Below are positions 30,201 to 39,550 of a DNA stretch of 64,000 bases, in pieces (the stretch's first letter is position 1; each line of letters starts with the position of its first letter). Origin of the DNA: Patescibacteria group bacterium. Its GTDB lineage: Bacteria; Patescibacteriota; Patescibacteriia; UBA1558; UBA10009. A model generated the notes under the pieces. That model made no database searches. It saw only the letters and a program-made list of their open reading frames with translations, and was not told where the DNA came from. Both the position numbers and the translations under genes were made by a program. The stretch is from contig JBAZSE010000002.1 in the NCBI GenBank assembly GCA_041662565.1, positions 155,244 through 219,243 on the forward strand, in the 5' to 3' direction.

Positions 30201-31370
30201 CTATCTTAAAAACCCCTCCAAATACCCTTGATTAATAACCTTTAAGGCCTCCAAAGGTATAATTAAATTTTGTCCAAAATTATTGTTAGTTAATTGGTCT
30301 AATTTAATTGCCTGTTCTAAATTAAAAGACCCAATAGCTGTTCTTTTTAACTCCCAGAGAACCGCGCCAACACCCAATTTTTGCCCAAGATCATAAGCTA
30401 AAGTTCTAATATAAGTACCGGACGAACATTTAACTTTAATATTAAAAATATCATCTTTTAAGCCCAAAAATTCAATCTTATAAATTTCAATCTCATTTGG
30501 CTTTCTTTCTATTTCTTTGCCTTGCCTGGCCAAATCATATAATTTTTTACCCCCAACCTTTTTTGCCGAATACATTGGCGGAATCTGTAATTGCTTGCCG
30601 ATAAAACTACTTAGTATTTCTTTTAATTGATTGACATCGGTTTTAAGCTTTATCGAGCTGAGCTCGATTAAGTTTTGAGCTTTAAGTTGTCCGGTTCTAT
30701 CATAAGTATCCGAAATAATTCCCAATTTGATAGTGGCTTCATATGTCTTAGGTAATAAATCAAACATCCCCACCATTTTAGTGGCATTGCCAATAGCGCA
30801 AATTAACAAACCAGTAGCAAAGGGATCTAGCGTGCCAGTGTGCCCTATTTGTTTTATTTTGGTGATGGATCTAAGTTTGGCCACCACATCATGCGAAGTC
30901 CAGTTGGATTCTTTATCCAGCAATAAAAATCCGGTCTTATCATCTTCATCGAGCTGAGCTCGATCAATGGCTTTGCGAAGATTCTTACCTTTGCAAAAAT
31001 CTTCTTTAAACGAAACTAATCTTTTAATATCAAAATGAAGTTTTGAATTTGCCCTTAAATCAATCAAACCTTCAACAAAGGCCTGTTGATCGTAACCTAA
31101 AGCAATAATATCCGGTTTTTCTTGAATAATCATTTTATACGGATCAACTACATCGCCTAAAATAACTTTATCAACCAAACCAAGTTTTTTTAAATTCTCC
31201 ACCCGATCCGCTTCATTAAAATATGATTCTCGGCCTTTAACTTTAATTACATTTTGGTCGCGGGCAATTATAGCAACAATAAAATCCCCTAGCTCTTTTG
31301 CTTGTTTTATTAAATTCAAATGGCCAGGATGGATAATATCAAAAGTTCCTGTAATTAATACTTTAGTCAT
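30201..31370 (-). CDS. truB: Fusion of a cytidylyltransferase-family (RibL-like FAD synthase) domain and tRNA pseudouridine-55 synthase
   Basis: N-terminal GTFDIIHPGH and KPDIIALGYDQ. C-terminal TSHDVV, GHTGTLDPFATG, PPMYSAKK and CSSGTYIRTL. Confidence 0.88.
   Translation of the reverse strand: MTKVLITGTFDIIHPGHLNLIKQAKELGDFIVAIIARDQNVIKVKGRESYFNEADRVENLKKLGLVDKVILGDVVDPYKMIIQEKPDIIALGYDQQAFVEGLIDLRANSKLHFDIKRLVSFKEDFCKGKNLRKAIDRAQLDEDDKTGFLLLDKESNWTSHDVVAKLRSITKIKQIGHTGTLDPFATGLLICAIGNATKMVGMFDLLPKTYEATIKLGIISDTYDRTGQLKAQNLIELSSIKLKTDVNQLKEILSSFIGKQLQIPPMYSAKKVGGKKLYDLARQGKEIERKPNEIEIYKIEFLGLKDDIFNIKVKCSSGTYIRTLAYDLGQKLGVGAVLWELKRTAIGSFNLEQAIKLDQLTNNNFGQNLIIPLEALKVINQGYLEGFLR
30650..30670. 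repeat. 15-bp palindrome with TTA duplication, in frame in truB
   Basis: TTA-TCGAGCTGAGCTCGA-TTA. Confidence 0.85.
30946..30966. repeat. 15-bp palindrome with TCA duplication, in frame in the fusion linker
   Basis: TCA-TCGAGCTGAGCTCGA-TCA. Confidence 0.85.
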
Positions 31371-31439
31371 TATTGACAAAACTCAATTATAAAGTAAAAT
31401 AACTAAGAATCGTAACAAATACACAAACTGGGGGCATCC

Positions 31440-31763
31440 ATGAGTACTTTATTGCTCTTTGCGCTAATCATCAAATACCTCAAAAAAAGGAAACTGATCA
31501 GCGCTGTGCAAAATCCAAAATGGAAAATGATCTCTCCCTTTTACCAAGGGGTTTTCTGTTTCACCATGGGATTTGCATTTCTCATTTTCGTCACTGGCGT
31601 GATCTTTCTCGCTGGTCACGAGGCTTTTGCGGGCTGGTTGATAAACTGCCTAATACTTGGCCAAGTACTATTGGCCTTGATCTGTTGGATCTATCCGAAA
31701 CCGATATTTAACATGTTCACCCGTCTCGGCCAAACCTGGCTCATGCTCAGATATGACTCATAA
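31440..31763 (+). CDS. Hypothetical membrane protein (ORFan cassette)
   Basis: TTGACA at 31373 with TAAAAT, GGGGG SD-like sequence, TM helices, GTCCGTC..GACGGAC + T-tract terminator. Confidence 0.7.
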   Translation: MSTLLLFALIIKYLKKRKLISAVQNPKWKMISPFYQGVFCFTMGFAFLIFVTGVIFLAGHEAFAGWLINCLILGQVLLALICWIYPKPIFNMFTRLGQTWLMLRYDS

Positions 31764-31829
31764 AGTCGGCTGACTATCACCTTGTCCGTCCTGCATCAAC
31801 TTAATGTTAATGTAGCTGACGGACTTTTT

Positions 31830-33899
31830 TTATTTTCTTTTTCTCAACAATTTTATTTCATCCCTTAATTTAGCCGCCAGTTCAAAATTTAAATTATCAG
31901 CAGCCATAATCATTTGCGCTTCCAAATCTTCCAACAAATGCTTTGCTTCTTCTTTGGGCAAACTCTTCAAATCTTTAATTTTTTGCAGATGATCTTCAAC
32001 AACCTTGCTTCTTAATTCCCCTTCTCTTACCGCTTTAATAATGGTCTGGGGCGTAATGCCATGTTTTTTGTTATAAGCGGTTTGAATCACCCGGCGACGT
32101 TCCACTTCGGCAATCGCGCGTTTCATGGAACCCGTAATATTATCGGCATACATAATTACCCGGCCATCCAAATGCCTAGCCGCCCGACCCATAATTTGGA
32201 TTAACGAAGTTTCACTTCTTAAAAAACCTTCTTTATCAGCATCCAATATAGCCACCAGCGTGACCTCCGGCAAATCCAAACCTTCACGCAATAAGTTGAT
32301 ACCGACCAAAACATCAAACTTGCCCAAACGTAAATCGCGCAAAATATCCAACCGATCTAAGGTTTCCACTTCGGAATGCAGATAAGCCACCTTAATTTTT
32401 TTCTCTTCCATGTATTCGGCAATTTCTTCAGCCAAACGCTTGGTTAAAGTGGTTACCAAAACCCGCTGTTTTTTCTTAACGGTTTTTTCTATTTCACCAA
32501 TCAAATCTTCCAACTGGGCCTTGGTTTTCCTTAACTCAATTACCGGCTCAATTAAACCTGTTGGCCTAATCACCTGTTGCGCGACAGCGGAATCGGGCAG
32601 ATCAATTACCTCTTTTAAATCCTGGTAATCAACCACTTCTTTTTCTAAAGCGCCAACCATTTTTTTGGTTGTTTTAACCCCGCTTTGACGGTATTCATAA
32701 GCCGCCGGGGTGGCCGAAACATAAATCGCCTGATTAATATGTTTTTCAAATTCCTTAAACTTTAAAGGCCTATTATCCAAAGCCGAAGGCAATCTAAAGC
32801 CAAAATCAACCAGTGTTTGCTTACGCGCCTTATCGCCATTGTACATACCATTGATTTGCGGAATGGTCATGTGCGATTCATCCACAAACATCAAAAAATC
32901 ATCCGGATAATAATCCAACAACGTGGCCGGTTGTTCGCCGGGCTCGCGATTGGTTAAATAGCGGGAATAATTTTCTATGCCGTTGCAATAGCCAGTTTCT
33001 TCAATCATTTCCAAATCATAATTGGTACGCTGTTCAATCCGCTGAGCTTCCAAAAGTAAATTTTTCTTTTTCAACTCCACTACCCTAGTTTCCATTTCTT
33101 CCCTAATTTTCCCAATGGCCTTTTTTAATTTATCTTCTGGAGTAACAAAATGTTTTGCAGGAAATATTTGAAAAGTTTTTAGTTTTAAGTTTTTAGTTTT
33201 GACTTCATTACCCGTTAAATAATCCACCGTTGATATTTTCTCAACCGTATCACCGTAAAATTCCACCCTTACAACCTCGCTTTTGGCTTCAATGGGAAAA
33301 ATTTCTACCGTATCGCCTTTAACTCTAAATTTACCGCGATAAAAATCAATGTCATTTCTTTGATACTGCAAATCGGTTAATTGCCTTAACAGTTTATCGC
33401 GCTTGCGGGTTTCGCCTTCGGTAATGGTAATTTTCATACCCTCGTAATCCGTTGGTGAACCCAAACCGTAAATACAAGAAACAGAGGCCACGATGATGGT
33501 ATCACGCCGAGTTAAGAGCGCATTGGTAGAAGCATGGCGCAAACGATCAATTTCTTCATTAATCTGCGTTTCCTTTTCTATATATAAATCCCTTTGCGGC
33601 ACATACGCTTCGGGTTGATAGTAATCGTAATAGCTAACAAAATAATGAACCGAGTTATTTGGGAAAAACTCTCTAAATTCACTAGCCAACTGGGCGGCCA
33701 AGGTTTTGTTATGAGAAATAATAAGAGTAGGCCGCTGTAATTGCTGAATTACATTAGCCATAGTAAAAGTTTTACCACTGCCAGTCACGCCTAAAAGCGT
33801 TTGGTGTTGATAACCGGATTTAAGGCCCCTGACTAATTTATCAATGGCCTGAGGTTGATCGCCGGTAGGCGAAAATTTTGATTTTAATTGAAAATCCAT
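31830..33899 (-). CDS. uvrB: Excinuclease ABC subunit B
   Basis: [37 protein letters not shown] and a C-terminal UVR domain. Confidence 0.98.
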   Translation of the reverse strand: MDFQLKSKFSPTGDQPQAIDKLVRGLKSGYQHQTLLGVTGSGKTFTMANVIQQLQRPTLIISHNKTLAAQLASEFREFFPNNSVHYFVSYYDYYQPEAYVPQRDLYIEKETQINEEIDRLRHASTNALLTRRDTIIVASVSCIYGLGSPTDYEGMKITITEGETRKRDKLLRQLTDLQYQRNDIDFYRGKFRVKGDTVEIFPIEAKSEVVRVEFYGDTVEKISTVDYLTGNEVKTKNLKLKTFQIFPAKHFVTPEDKLKKAIGKIREEMETRVVELKKKNLLLEAQRIEQRTNYDLEMIEETGYCNGIENYSRYLTNREPGEQPATLLDYYPDDFLMFVDESHMTIPQINGMYNGDKARKQTLVDFGFRLPSALDNRPLKFKEFEKHINQAIYVSATPAAYEYRQSGVKTTKKMVGALEKEVVDYQDLKEVIDLPDSAVAQQVIRPTGLIEPVIELRKTKAQLEDLIGEIEKTVKKKQRVLVTTLTKRLAEEIAEYMEEKKIKVAYLHSEVETLDRLDILRDLRLGKFDVLVGINLLREGLDLPEVTLVAILDADKEGFLRSETSLIQIMGRAARHLDGRVIMYADNITGSMKRAIAEVERRRVIQTAYNKKHGITPQTIIKAVREGELRSKVVEDHLQKIKDLKSLPKEEAKHLLEDLEAQMIMAADNLNFELAAKLRDEIKLLRKRK

Positions 33900-34082
33900 A
33901 GGTGATAATGGTAAATTGGATAATACCATTTTATTTAGATAATTTCAATCATTGAATTATTTTAAAAATATAAAAAAACCCACTGGACCAGATAAAAATG
34001 TTCTTTGAAAACACCTTATATCTAGTCCAGCAGGTCGGAAGTGTCTGAGAATCTAAGGATCTGAAGATCCTGGTCTCAAGAA

Positions 34083-34571
34083 CTATACTGGAGGAAGAGC
34101 GAAAACAACTCGGTCTTCGGGTTGAAGCTGGTGTTCAGGAAGGCCACTGGTGACATTGAGCACAGGGCCTTCGGCATCGCACTTGAGAGAGAATATGCCT
34201 TTGCATTCTTCGTCCAAGTCGAAAATTGGAACCATGGCGATGTGAACAGTCTCCCCGATTGGCTGATCCAAATACTGCAAACGCAGTTTAAGACCAGCTT
34301 CTGCTGGACATAGCAACAGACGGAGCTCATTGCCTCGCCTGTAAACATGTTCCAGCGGTGTTCTCTGAATGAAACCAAGTTCAGCCACTGTCGGGGCAGT
34401 CAGCCGAATCTTCTTCTTGGACGAAACTGTGAAAGCCGGGTGGCGGATCATCTCTTCGGCCCATGTCTCGATTCTGACACCGGCTTTTCGAAGAGCGACA
34501 ATGAAATCGTTGGCGATAGTTAGATTAGTGCCAAGTTCCACTGTTTGCCAAATCTTCAGTGATTCGAACAT
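34083..34571 (-). CDS. Hypothetical protein (ORFan cassette)
   Basis: Probable ATG near 34568-34571 after GGAG, TTGACA at 34727-34732 (minus), 5' hairpin GTAGCCATAGCCAA/TTGGCTATGGCTAC, terminator at about 33972-34034. Contains a CPAEAGLKLRLQY motif. Confidence 0.7.
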   Translation of the reverse strand: MFESLKIWQTVELGTNLTIANDFIVALRKAGVRIETWAEEMIRHPAFTVSSKKKIRLTAPTVAELGFIQRTPLEHVYRRGNELRLLLCPAEAGLKLRLQYLDQPIGETVHIAMVPIFDLDEECKGIFSLKCDAEGPVLNVTSGLPEHQLQPEDRVVFALPPV

Positions 34572-34793
34572 TAATAACTCCAATTGGTTGTTTGCTAACT
34601 AGCTACTCTGTAGCCATAGCCAATAAACCTCAATGTTTAAGATCTTTTGGCTATGGCTACTTAAAAATTGCCAATAAAATTAAAAGAACTATTTTAATAA
34701 ATCAAAATATCATATTATTAATCATTTGTCAAGAATATCCAAAATTACTTTTAGTATGTATAATACTATTAACTAAATAACCTATTTGCTTAA

Positions 34794-35375
34794 ATGATCT
34801 CCTACCTCAAAGGCACAATCTTTGTTAAAAAGTCCAAATACCTGATTCTTTTAGTTAACAACATTGGCTATGAAGTTTTTGCCAGTGAAAAAACTTTGTC
34901 ATTGTTAAACGAATCGGCCGAGGTCTCATTATATATTCATCATCACATTTCCGAAACATCACAAGATCTTTACGGATTCATAAACCAGCCCGAATTGGAA
35001 ATGTTTAAAAACTTAATTAGCATCTCGGGTGTTGGCCCTAAAAGCGCTCTTGGCGTAATGGCCAGTGCCAGCGTGGAAGATATTATCCAGGCCATTTTAT
35101 CGGAAGACCCTGCATTGCTTAGAACCGTTTCCGGCATTGGCCCCAAAACCGCCGAACGCATTGTAGTGGAGTTAAAATCCAAAATTGGTAAATTAGGAAA
35201 AGAAATGAATATTCAAGACGCTTCTGTGGCGCCCAGGGATATTGAAACCATAGAAGCTTTAATCGGCCTTGGCTATTCCCGTAAAGAAGTTATGGAAGTT
35301 ATCAGACAAGTGTCTGCGGAAATTACAGATACTTCCGGCAGAATTAAAGGTGCGTTAAAATTACTGGCCAAATAA
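34794..35375 (+). CDS. ruvA: Holliday junction branch migration protein RuvA
   Basis: MISYLKG, LYGF, ISGVGPKSAL and GIGPKTAERIVVELK. Confidence 0.97.
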   Translation: MISYLKGTIFVKKSKYLILLVNNIGYEVFASEKTLSLLNESAEVSLYIHHHISETSQDLYGFINQPELEMFKNLISISGVGPKSALGVMASASVEDIIQAILSEDPALLRTVSGIGPKTAERIVVELKSKIGKLGKEMNIQDASVAPRDIETIEALIGLGYSRKEVMEVIRQVSAEITDTSGRIKGALKLLAK

Positions 35376-36404
35376 ATGGAACTTAAATTAATCAGCCAAC
35401 AAGAGTTGAATAACTTTGTTGCTACCCAGCCACACTCTCAATTACTCCAATCTTACTCTTGGGGCGAATTTAACAAAACTCTTGATCACCATCTTTGGCG
35501 CCTAGGGATTTTTAACAATGAACAAATAGTTGCTTGCGCTACGATTATTAATAATAAATTGCCTTTGCAAAAAAGCTATCTTTATTGCCCGCGCGGACCG
35601 ATTTTTAGCCAAGAACTTAATGAAGCAAAAAAAGAAACAGCTTTAAAATTAATTTTCAGCAAAACCCGCGATATTACCATTGCCACCCGCAAGAGCGAAG
35701 AAATTTTTTTCCGTTTTGAACCGATTTTTGAATTACAAAATTCAAAAATCGCCCCGAGCGAAGTCGAGGGGTCTCGATTAATCAAAACGAAATCCATTCA
35801 ACCACCTAACACTCTGATACTGGATTTAAGCCAATCGACCGAATCGCTCTTGGCCAGCTTTCATTCCAAAACCCGCTACAACATCAAATTGGCGGAAAAG
35901 CACGGACTAACCATCAGTAAACTAACGGCTGATGATTTTACCAAATGCTGGCCACTGTTCAAACAAACCAGTGAACGAGACACTTTTGGCCTGCATTCAC
36001 AAAGCTATTATCAGACCATGTTGACTACAGTGCCGGAAGTAGAACTCTGGGTTGCCAGAAACCAAAATAATGCTATAATAGCCGCAAATCTAATGAGTTT
36101 TTACGGTGATACGGTTACTTATCTGCATGGCGCCTCCGACTATCAAAATCGCAATTTGATGGCACCCTACCTCTTACACTGGACGCTGATTCAAGAAGCG
36201 CAAAGTAGGGGCTTTAAATATTATGACTGGCACGGCATTGCGCCAGAAAGCGAAACCAACCATCCCTGGGCCGGAGTAACCAGATTTAAAAAAGGTTTTG
36301 GCGGAGAACCAACAACTTACGCCGGTACTTATGATTTTATTTACGAAACTGGTTGGTACAAATTGTATAAAGTTTTCAGAAAAATAAACCGAATTATTAA
36401 ATAA
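35376..36404 (+). CDS. FemAB-family peptidoglycan bridge aminoacyltransferase
   Basis: LLQS..WG, YCPRGP, KTRYNI, YLHGAS and GVTRFKKGFGG. Confidence 0.92.
   Translation: MELKLISQQELNNFVATQPHSQLLQSYSWGEFNKTLDHHLWRLGIFNNEQIVACATIINNKLPLQKSYLYCPRGPIFSQELNEAKKETALKLIFSKTRDITIATRKSEEIFFRFEPIFELQNSKIAPSEVEGSRLIKTKSIQPPNTLILDLSQSTESLLASFHSKTRYNIKLAEKHGLTISKLTADDFTKCWPLFKQTSERDTFGLHSQSYYQTMLTTVPEVELWVARNQNNAIIAANLMSFYGDTVTYLHGASDYQNRNLMAPYLLHWTLIQEAQSRGFKYYDWHGIAPESETNHPWAGVTRFKKGFGGEPTTYAGTYDFIYETGWYKLYKVFRKINRIIK
35750..35772. repeat. In-frame palindromic insertion in femAB
   Basis: CGCCCCGAGCGAAGTCGAGGGG (APSEVEG), nearly identical to the polA insert. Confidence 0.7.
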
Positions 36405-36405
36405 C

Positions 36406-36515
36406 TACGAATTACGAATCTTTACGAATATACGAATCGACAGTTTGGGTAAATTAATGGTTAAACAAAGATTCAATCCCATATTCATATATTCGTACTT
36501 ATTCGTACATTAGTA
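36406..36515. repeat. Inverted arrays of TACGAAT heptamers
   Basis: TACGAAT x4 at 36406-36437 faces ATTCGTA-like x4 at 36483-36515. Confidence 0.8.
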
Positions 36516-36523
36516 GTAAATAT

Positions 36524-37246
36524 ATGTTAAACAAAGTAGTGGTAGCGGCGGCCGGTAGAGGCACGCGCATGCTTCATTTATCACAAGAAAAACCCAAGCA
36601 CCTGATTGAAATCAACGGCCATCCTTTTTTGTATTACCTGTTAAATAATTTAAAGGCCGCCGGTTTTACCGAAATTATCATGGTCATTGGTTACAAAAAA
36701 GAGATCATGGAAAAATTTTTAAACACCTATGCCGGCGAATTTAAAATCACCATTGTTAACCAGTTTGATATGCTGGGCGATAAATACGGCACCCTTTGCC
36801 CCATTGAATGCGTTAAGGATTTGATTAAAACAGATGAAAGTTTTATCACGGTTTACGGCGATAACTTATATTCAATCAATGATTTAAAAAAGTTTTTTAT
36901 TGATGATGAATTTAATTATATTTCCGGCCTCAAGCATCCCGAACCCCAAAAATACGGCGTCTTAATTCGTGACGGTGAGGATTATCTGGATCGGATTATT
37001 GAAAAGCCAACGACTTTTGTAGGTGATTTAATTAATACCGGCCTCTACAAATTTACGCCAAGCATTTTTAAAAAACTACCATTAATCCAAAAATCTCCCC
37101 GAGGCGAATTTGAACTAACCGATGCCATTAATCTTTTGGCTAAAGAAAAAAGAGTAAAGATTAAAGAAATTGAAGATTACTGGCTGGATTTTGGCAAACC
37201 CGAAGATGTTCAAACCATTAGTGAATTTTTAAATCACGCTCAATAA
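36524..37246 (+). CDS. Sugar-phosphate nucleotidyltransferase
   Basis: AAGRGTRM, PKHLI, YGDN, EKP and SPRGEFELTDA. Confidence 0.9.
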   Translation: MLNKVVVAAAGRGTRMLHLSQEKPKHLIEINGHPFLYYLLNNLKAAGFTEIIMVIGYKKEIMEKFLNTYAGEFKITIVNQFDMLGDKYGTLCPIECVKDLIKTDESFITVYGDNLYSINDLKKFFIDDEFNYISGLKHPEPQKYGVLIRDGEDYLDRIIEKPTTFVGDLINTGLYKFTPSIFKKLPLIQKSPRGEFELTDAINLLAKEKRVKIKEIEDYWLDFGKPEDVQTISEFLNHAQ

Positions 37247-38541
37247 TGAAGTCGCTGCTCAAAAAACTTCTCCCCTCTTTTATGATCAGCTGGTACCATC
37301 AGGTACTGGCTATTTTAGCGATGATTGTTTACGGCAATCCTTCGGCCAAAATGATTGTGATTGGCGTTACCGGCACCAACGGCAAATCTACAACCGTTAA
37401 TTTAATCGGAAAAATTTTAGAAACCGCTGACAATAAAGTTGGCTGGACAACCACAGCTAACTTTAAAGTAGCGGATCAGGAATGGTTTAATGATCAAAAA
37501 ATGACTATGCTGGGGCGACTTAAAACCCAAAAACTATTATCCGATATGGTTAAAAAGGGCTGTAAATACGCAATTATTGAAACCTCTTCCGAGGGCATTA
37601 AGCAATTTAGGCACATAGGGATTAATTATGACATTGCGTTGTTTACCAACTTAACGCCGGAACATTTGGAGGCACATGGCGGTTTTGAAAATTATAAAAA
37701 AGCTAAAGGCCAATTATTTAAACATTTAACTAATCGTCCTCATAAAATTATCAACGAGCACAAGATAGATAAAACTATTGTCGCCAATGTTGATGATGAG
37801 CAGGCAGATTATTTTTTAAATTTTAAAGCTGATAAAAAAATCACTTACTCTATCAATAAAGTTTCCGATTTTCATGCGACTGATATTATATTAAAACCCG
37901 ATTCCTCGGTCTTTAGTCTTTTGTCTTCAGTTATTAATATTAATCTTATTGGCCAAGTAAACATCTACAATGCGCTGGCGGCCATTGCCGTTGCCAAATC
38001 ACAAGGCATAAGTGATCAAATAATTAAAAAGGCTTTAGTTGAATTTAAAATCATGCCAGGCAGGTTTGAATGGATTAATGAGGGTCAACAATTCAAAGTC
38101 ATGGTTGATTACGCGCCCGAGCCGGAATCAATGAAAAAATTACAAGAAACCTTGGCCATGTTTAAATTTAATAAAATAATTCATGTGCTTGGCTCATGCG
38201 GCGGCGGGCGCGATAAAGCGCGCCAACCAATCATGGGCACACTTGCCGCTAGAAAAGCCGATTACGTTATTATAACCAACGAGGATCCGTATGATGATGA
38301 TCCAATGATGATAATAAATAATGTGGCTCAAGGCGCTCTTGATGAAGGAAAAATCTTAAACCAAAATTTATTTAAAATTTTAGATAGGCGCGAAGCAATT
38401 AAAAAAGCTCTATCTTTAGCGCAAGCCGATGACTTGGTGCTTATAACCGGCAAAGCCAACGAACAATACATTTGCGTTGCCCGCGGTCAAAAAATTCCTT
38501 GGGATGATAGAATGGTTGTCAGGGCATTACTCAAAAAATAA
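37246..38541 (+). CDS. murE: MurE-family Mur ligase
   Basis: GVTGTNGKSTT, ETSSEG, TNLTPEHL, PGRFE, VDYA, GGGRD and TNEDPY. Confidence 0.88.
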   Translation: MKSLLKKLLPSFMISWYHQVLAILAMIVYGNPSAKMIVIGVTGTNGKSTTVNLIGKILETADNKVGWTTTANFKVADQEWFNDQKMTMLGRLKTQKLLSDMVKKGCKYAIIETSSEGIKQFRHIGINYDIALFTNLTPEHLEAHGGFENYKKAKGQLFKHLTNRPHKIINEHKIDKTIVANVDDEQADYFLNFKADKKITYSINKVSDFHATDIILKPDSSVFSLLSSVININLIGQVNIYNALAAIAVAKSQGISDQIIKKALVEFKIMPGRFEWINEGQQFKVMVDYAPEPESMKKLQETLAMFKFNKIIHVLGSCGGGRDKARQPIMGTLAARKADYVIITNEDPYDDDPMMIINNVAQGALDEGKILNQNLFKILDRREAIKKALSLAQADDLVLITGKANEQYICVARGQKIPWDDRMVVRALLKK

Positions 38542-38630
38542 ATTTAAAAATCATCAAAAAAAATTCCCGGACCAATAACTTAGGTCCGGGTTTTAGTTAC
38601 CATTGATATGGCAACTACGATTATGAAAAG

Positions 38631-39110
38631 TTACATCCTGCGGCGATCTTCGTTGCCATTATGATTGCAAGATCTGCCATCGTCCTGGCAAGTGTAATGT
38701 CCGCTTGGCGAAAACTTTTTTGTCCGACAGCATAAGGGGCAAAGCATGTAAGCTTTTTCGTAACCCCGCCGAACAACAAGCCAGTAGTAGGCCAAGCCAA
38801 TCAAGGCGATTGCTCCACTGATCATCAGCTGCTGTTCTTGATCGGGCAAGAATAGCGGCCATATTTTGCTCAAATTGAGCGTTGGTATCAGGTAGCTCAA
38901 AACCATGATGGCACAAGCCAATAGGATGTTTCTGTGGATGTTGAGAAACTTCCTAAAAAACTTATTGCCGTTCCAGGTGTTGCTGAACCACCTAGGCACA
39001 TTGACCAAGGCGGTCAACAACAAAAACAACCCGATCAATACCGGAGCATCCGAGGCCTTAGCCCAAATGGCAAATAACCCCAGAAGGCAGAAGTAAAGTA
39101 ACGTGCGCAT
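38631..39110 (-). CDS. Hypothetical membrane protein with Cys-rich C-terminus (ORFan cassette)
   Basis: ATG at 39110 after AAGGAG, four TM helices, CPLC..C..C, terminator CCCGGACC..GGTCCGGG. Confidence 0.7.
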   Translation of the reverse strand: MRTLLYFCLLGLFAIWAKASDAPVLIGLFLLLTALVNVPRWFSNTWNGNKFFRKFLNIHRNILLACAIMVLSYLIPTLNLSKIWPLFLPDQEQQLMISGAIALIGLAYYWLVVRRGYEKAYMLCPLCCRTKKFSPSGHYTCQDDGRSCNHNGNEDRRRM

Positions 39111-39550
39111 GAAGCGCTCCTTAAATGGTGGACGAAAAATGAACAATTTAACCTACTCTAATACAAAACAAGCACTTTGTTAAGCCCTAAATATTTACAA
39201 ATAGCTAAAATAATGTTGTAATATAGCATTACTGTGGATAACTTCTTAATAACCCTCTTTTTTTGAAGGCAATTTTCCGCTAGATTCAGCGGTAAATTCT
39301 GTTTTTTAATTTCAAAATTTGACAAATTTTTTTTATCTATATAATGCGTTTTTCGCTAACTTTAGCACTAAAAAGGATAAAATGGTGCAATGCACTCGCT
39401 TTATCTTGACAAAAGTATTTAATTAAGGTATCATCCGCCTATGTTTTGTTCTCTGGCTGTGTAAAAAAAGCCGTTCATACCAACCCTTGATAGACCTAAG
39501 GGTTATATTTTTGTCTAAATTTAATTATTTTTCATAAATAACGATAATTT

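Noticed and set aside
39232-39243. Replication origin (DnaA box TGTGGATAA)
   Set aside because: A single box with no cluster and no dnaA or dnaN nearby.
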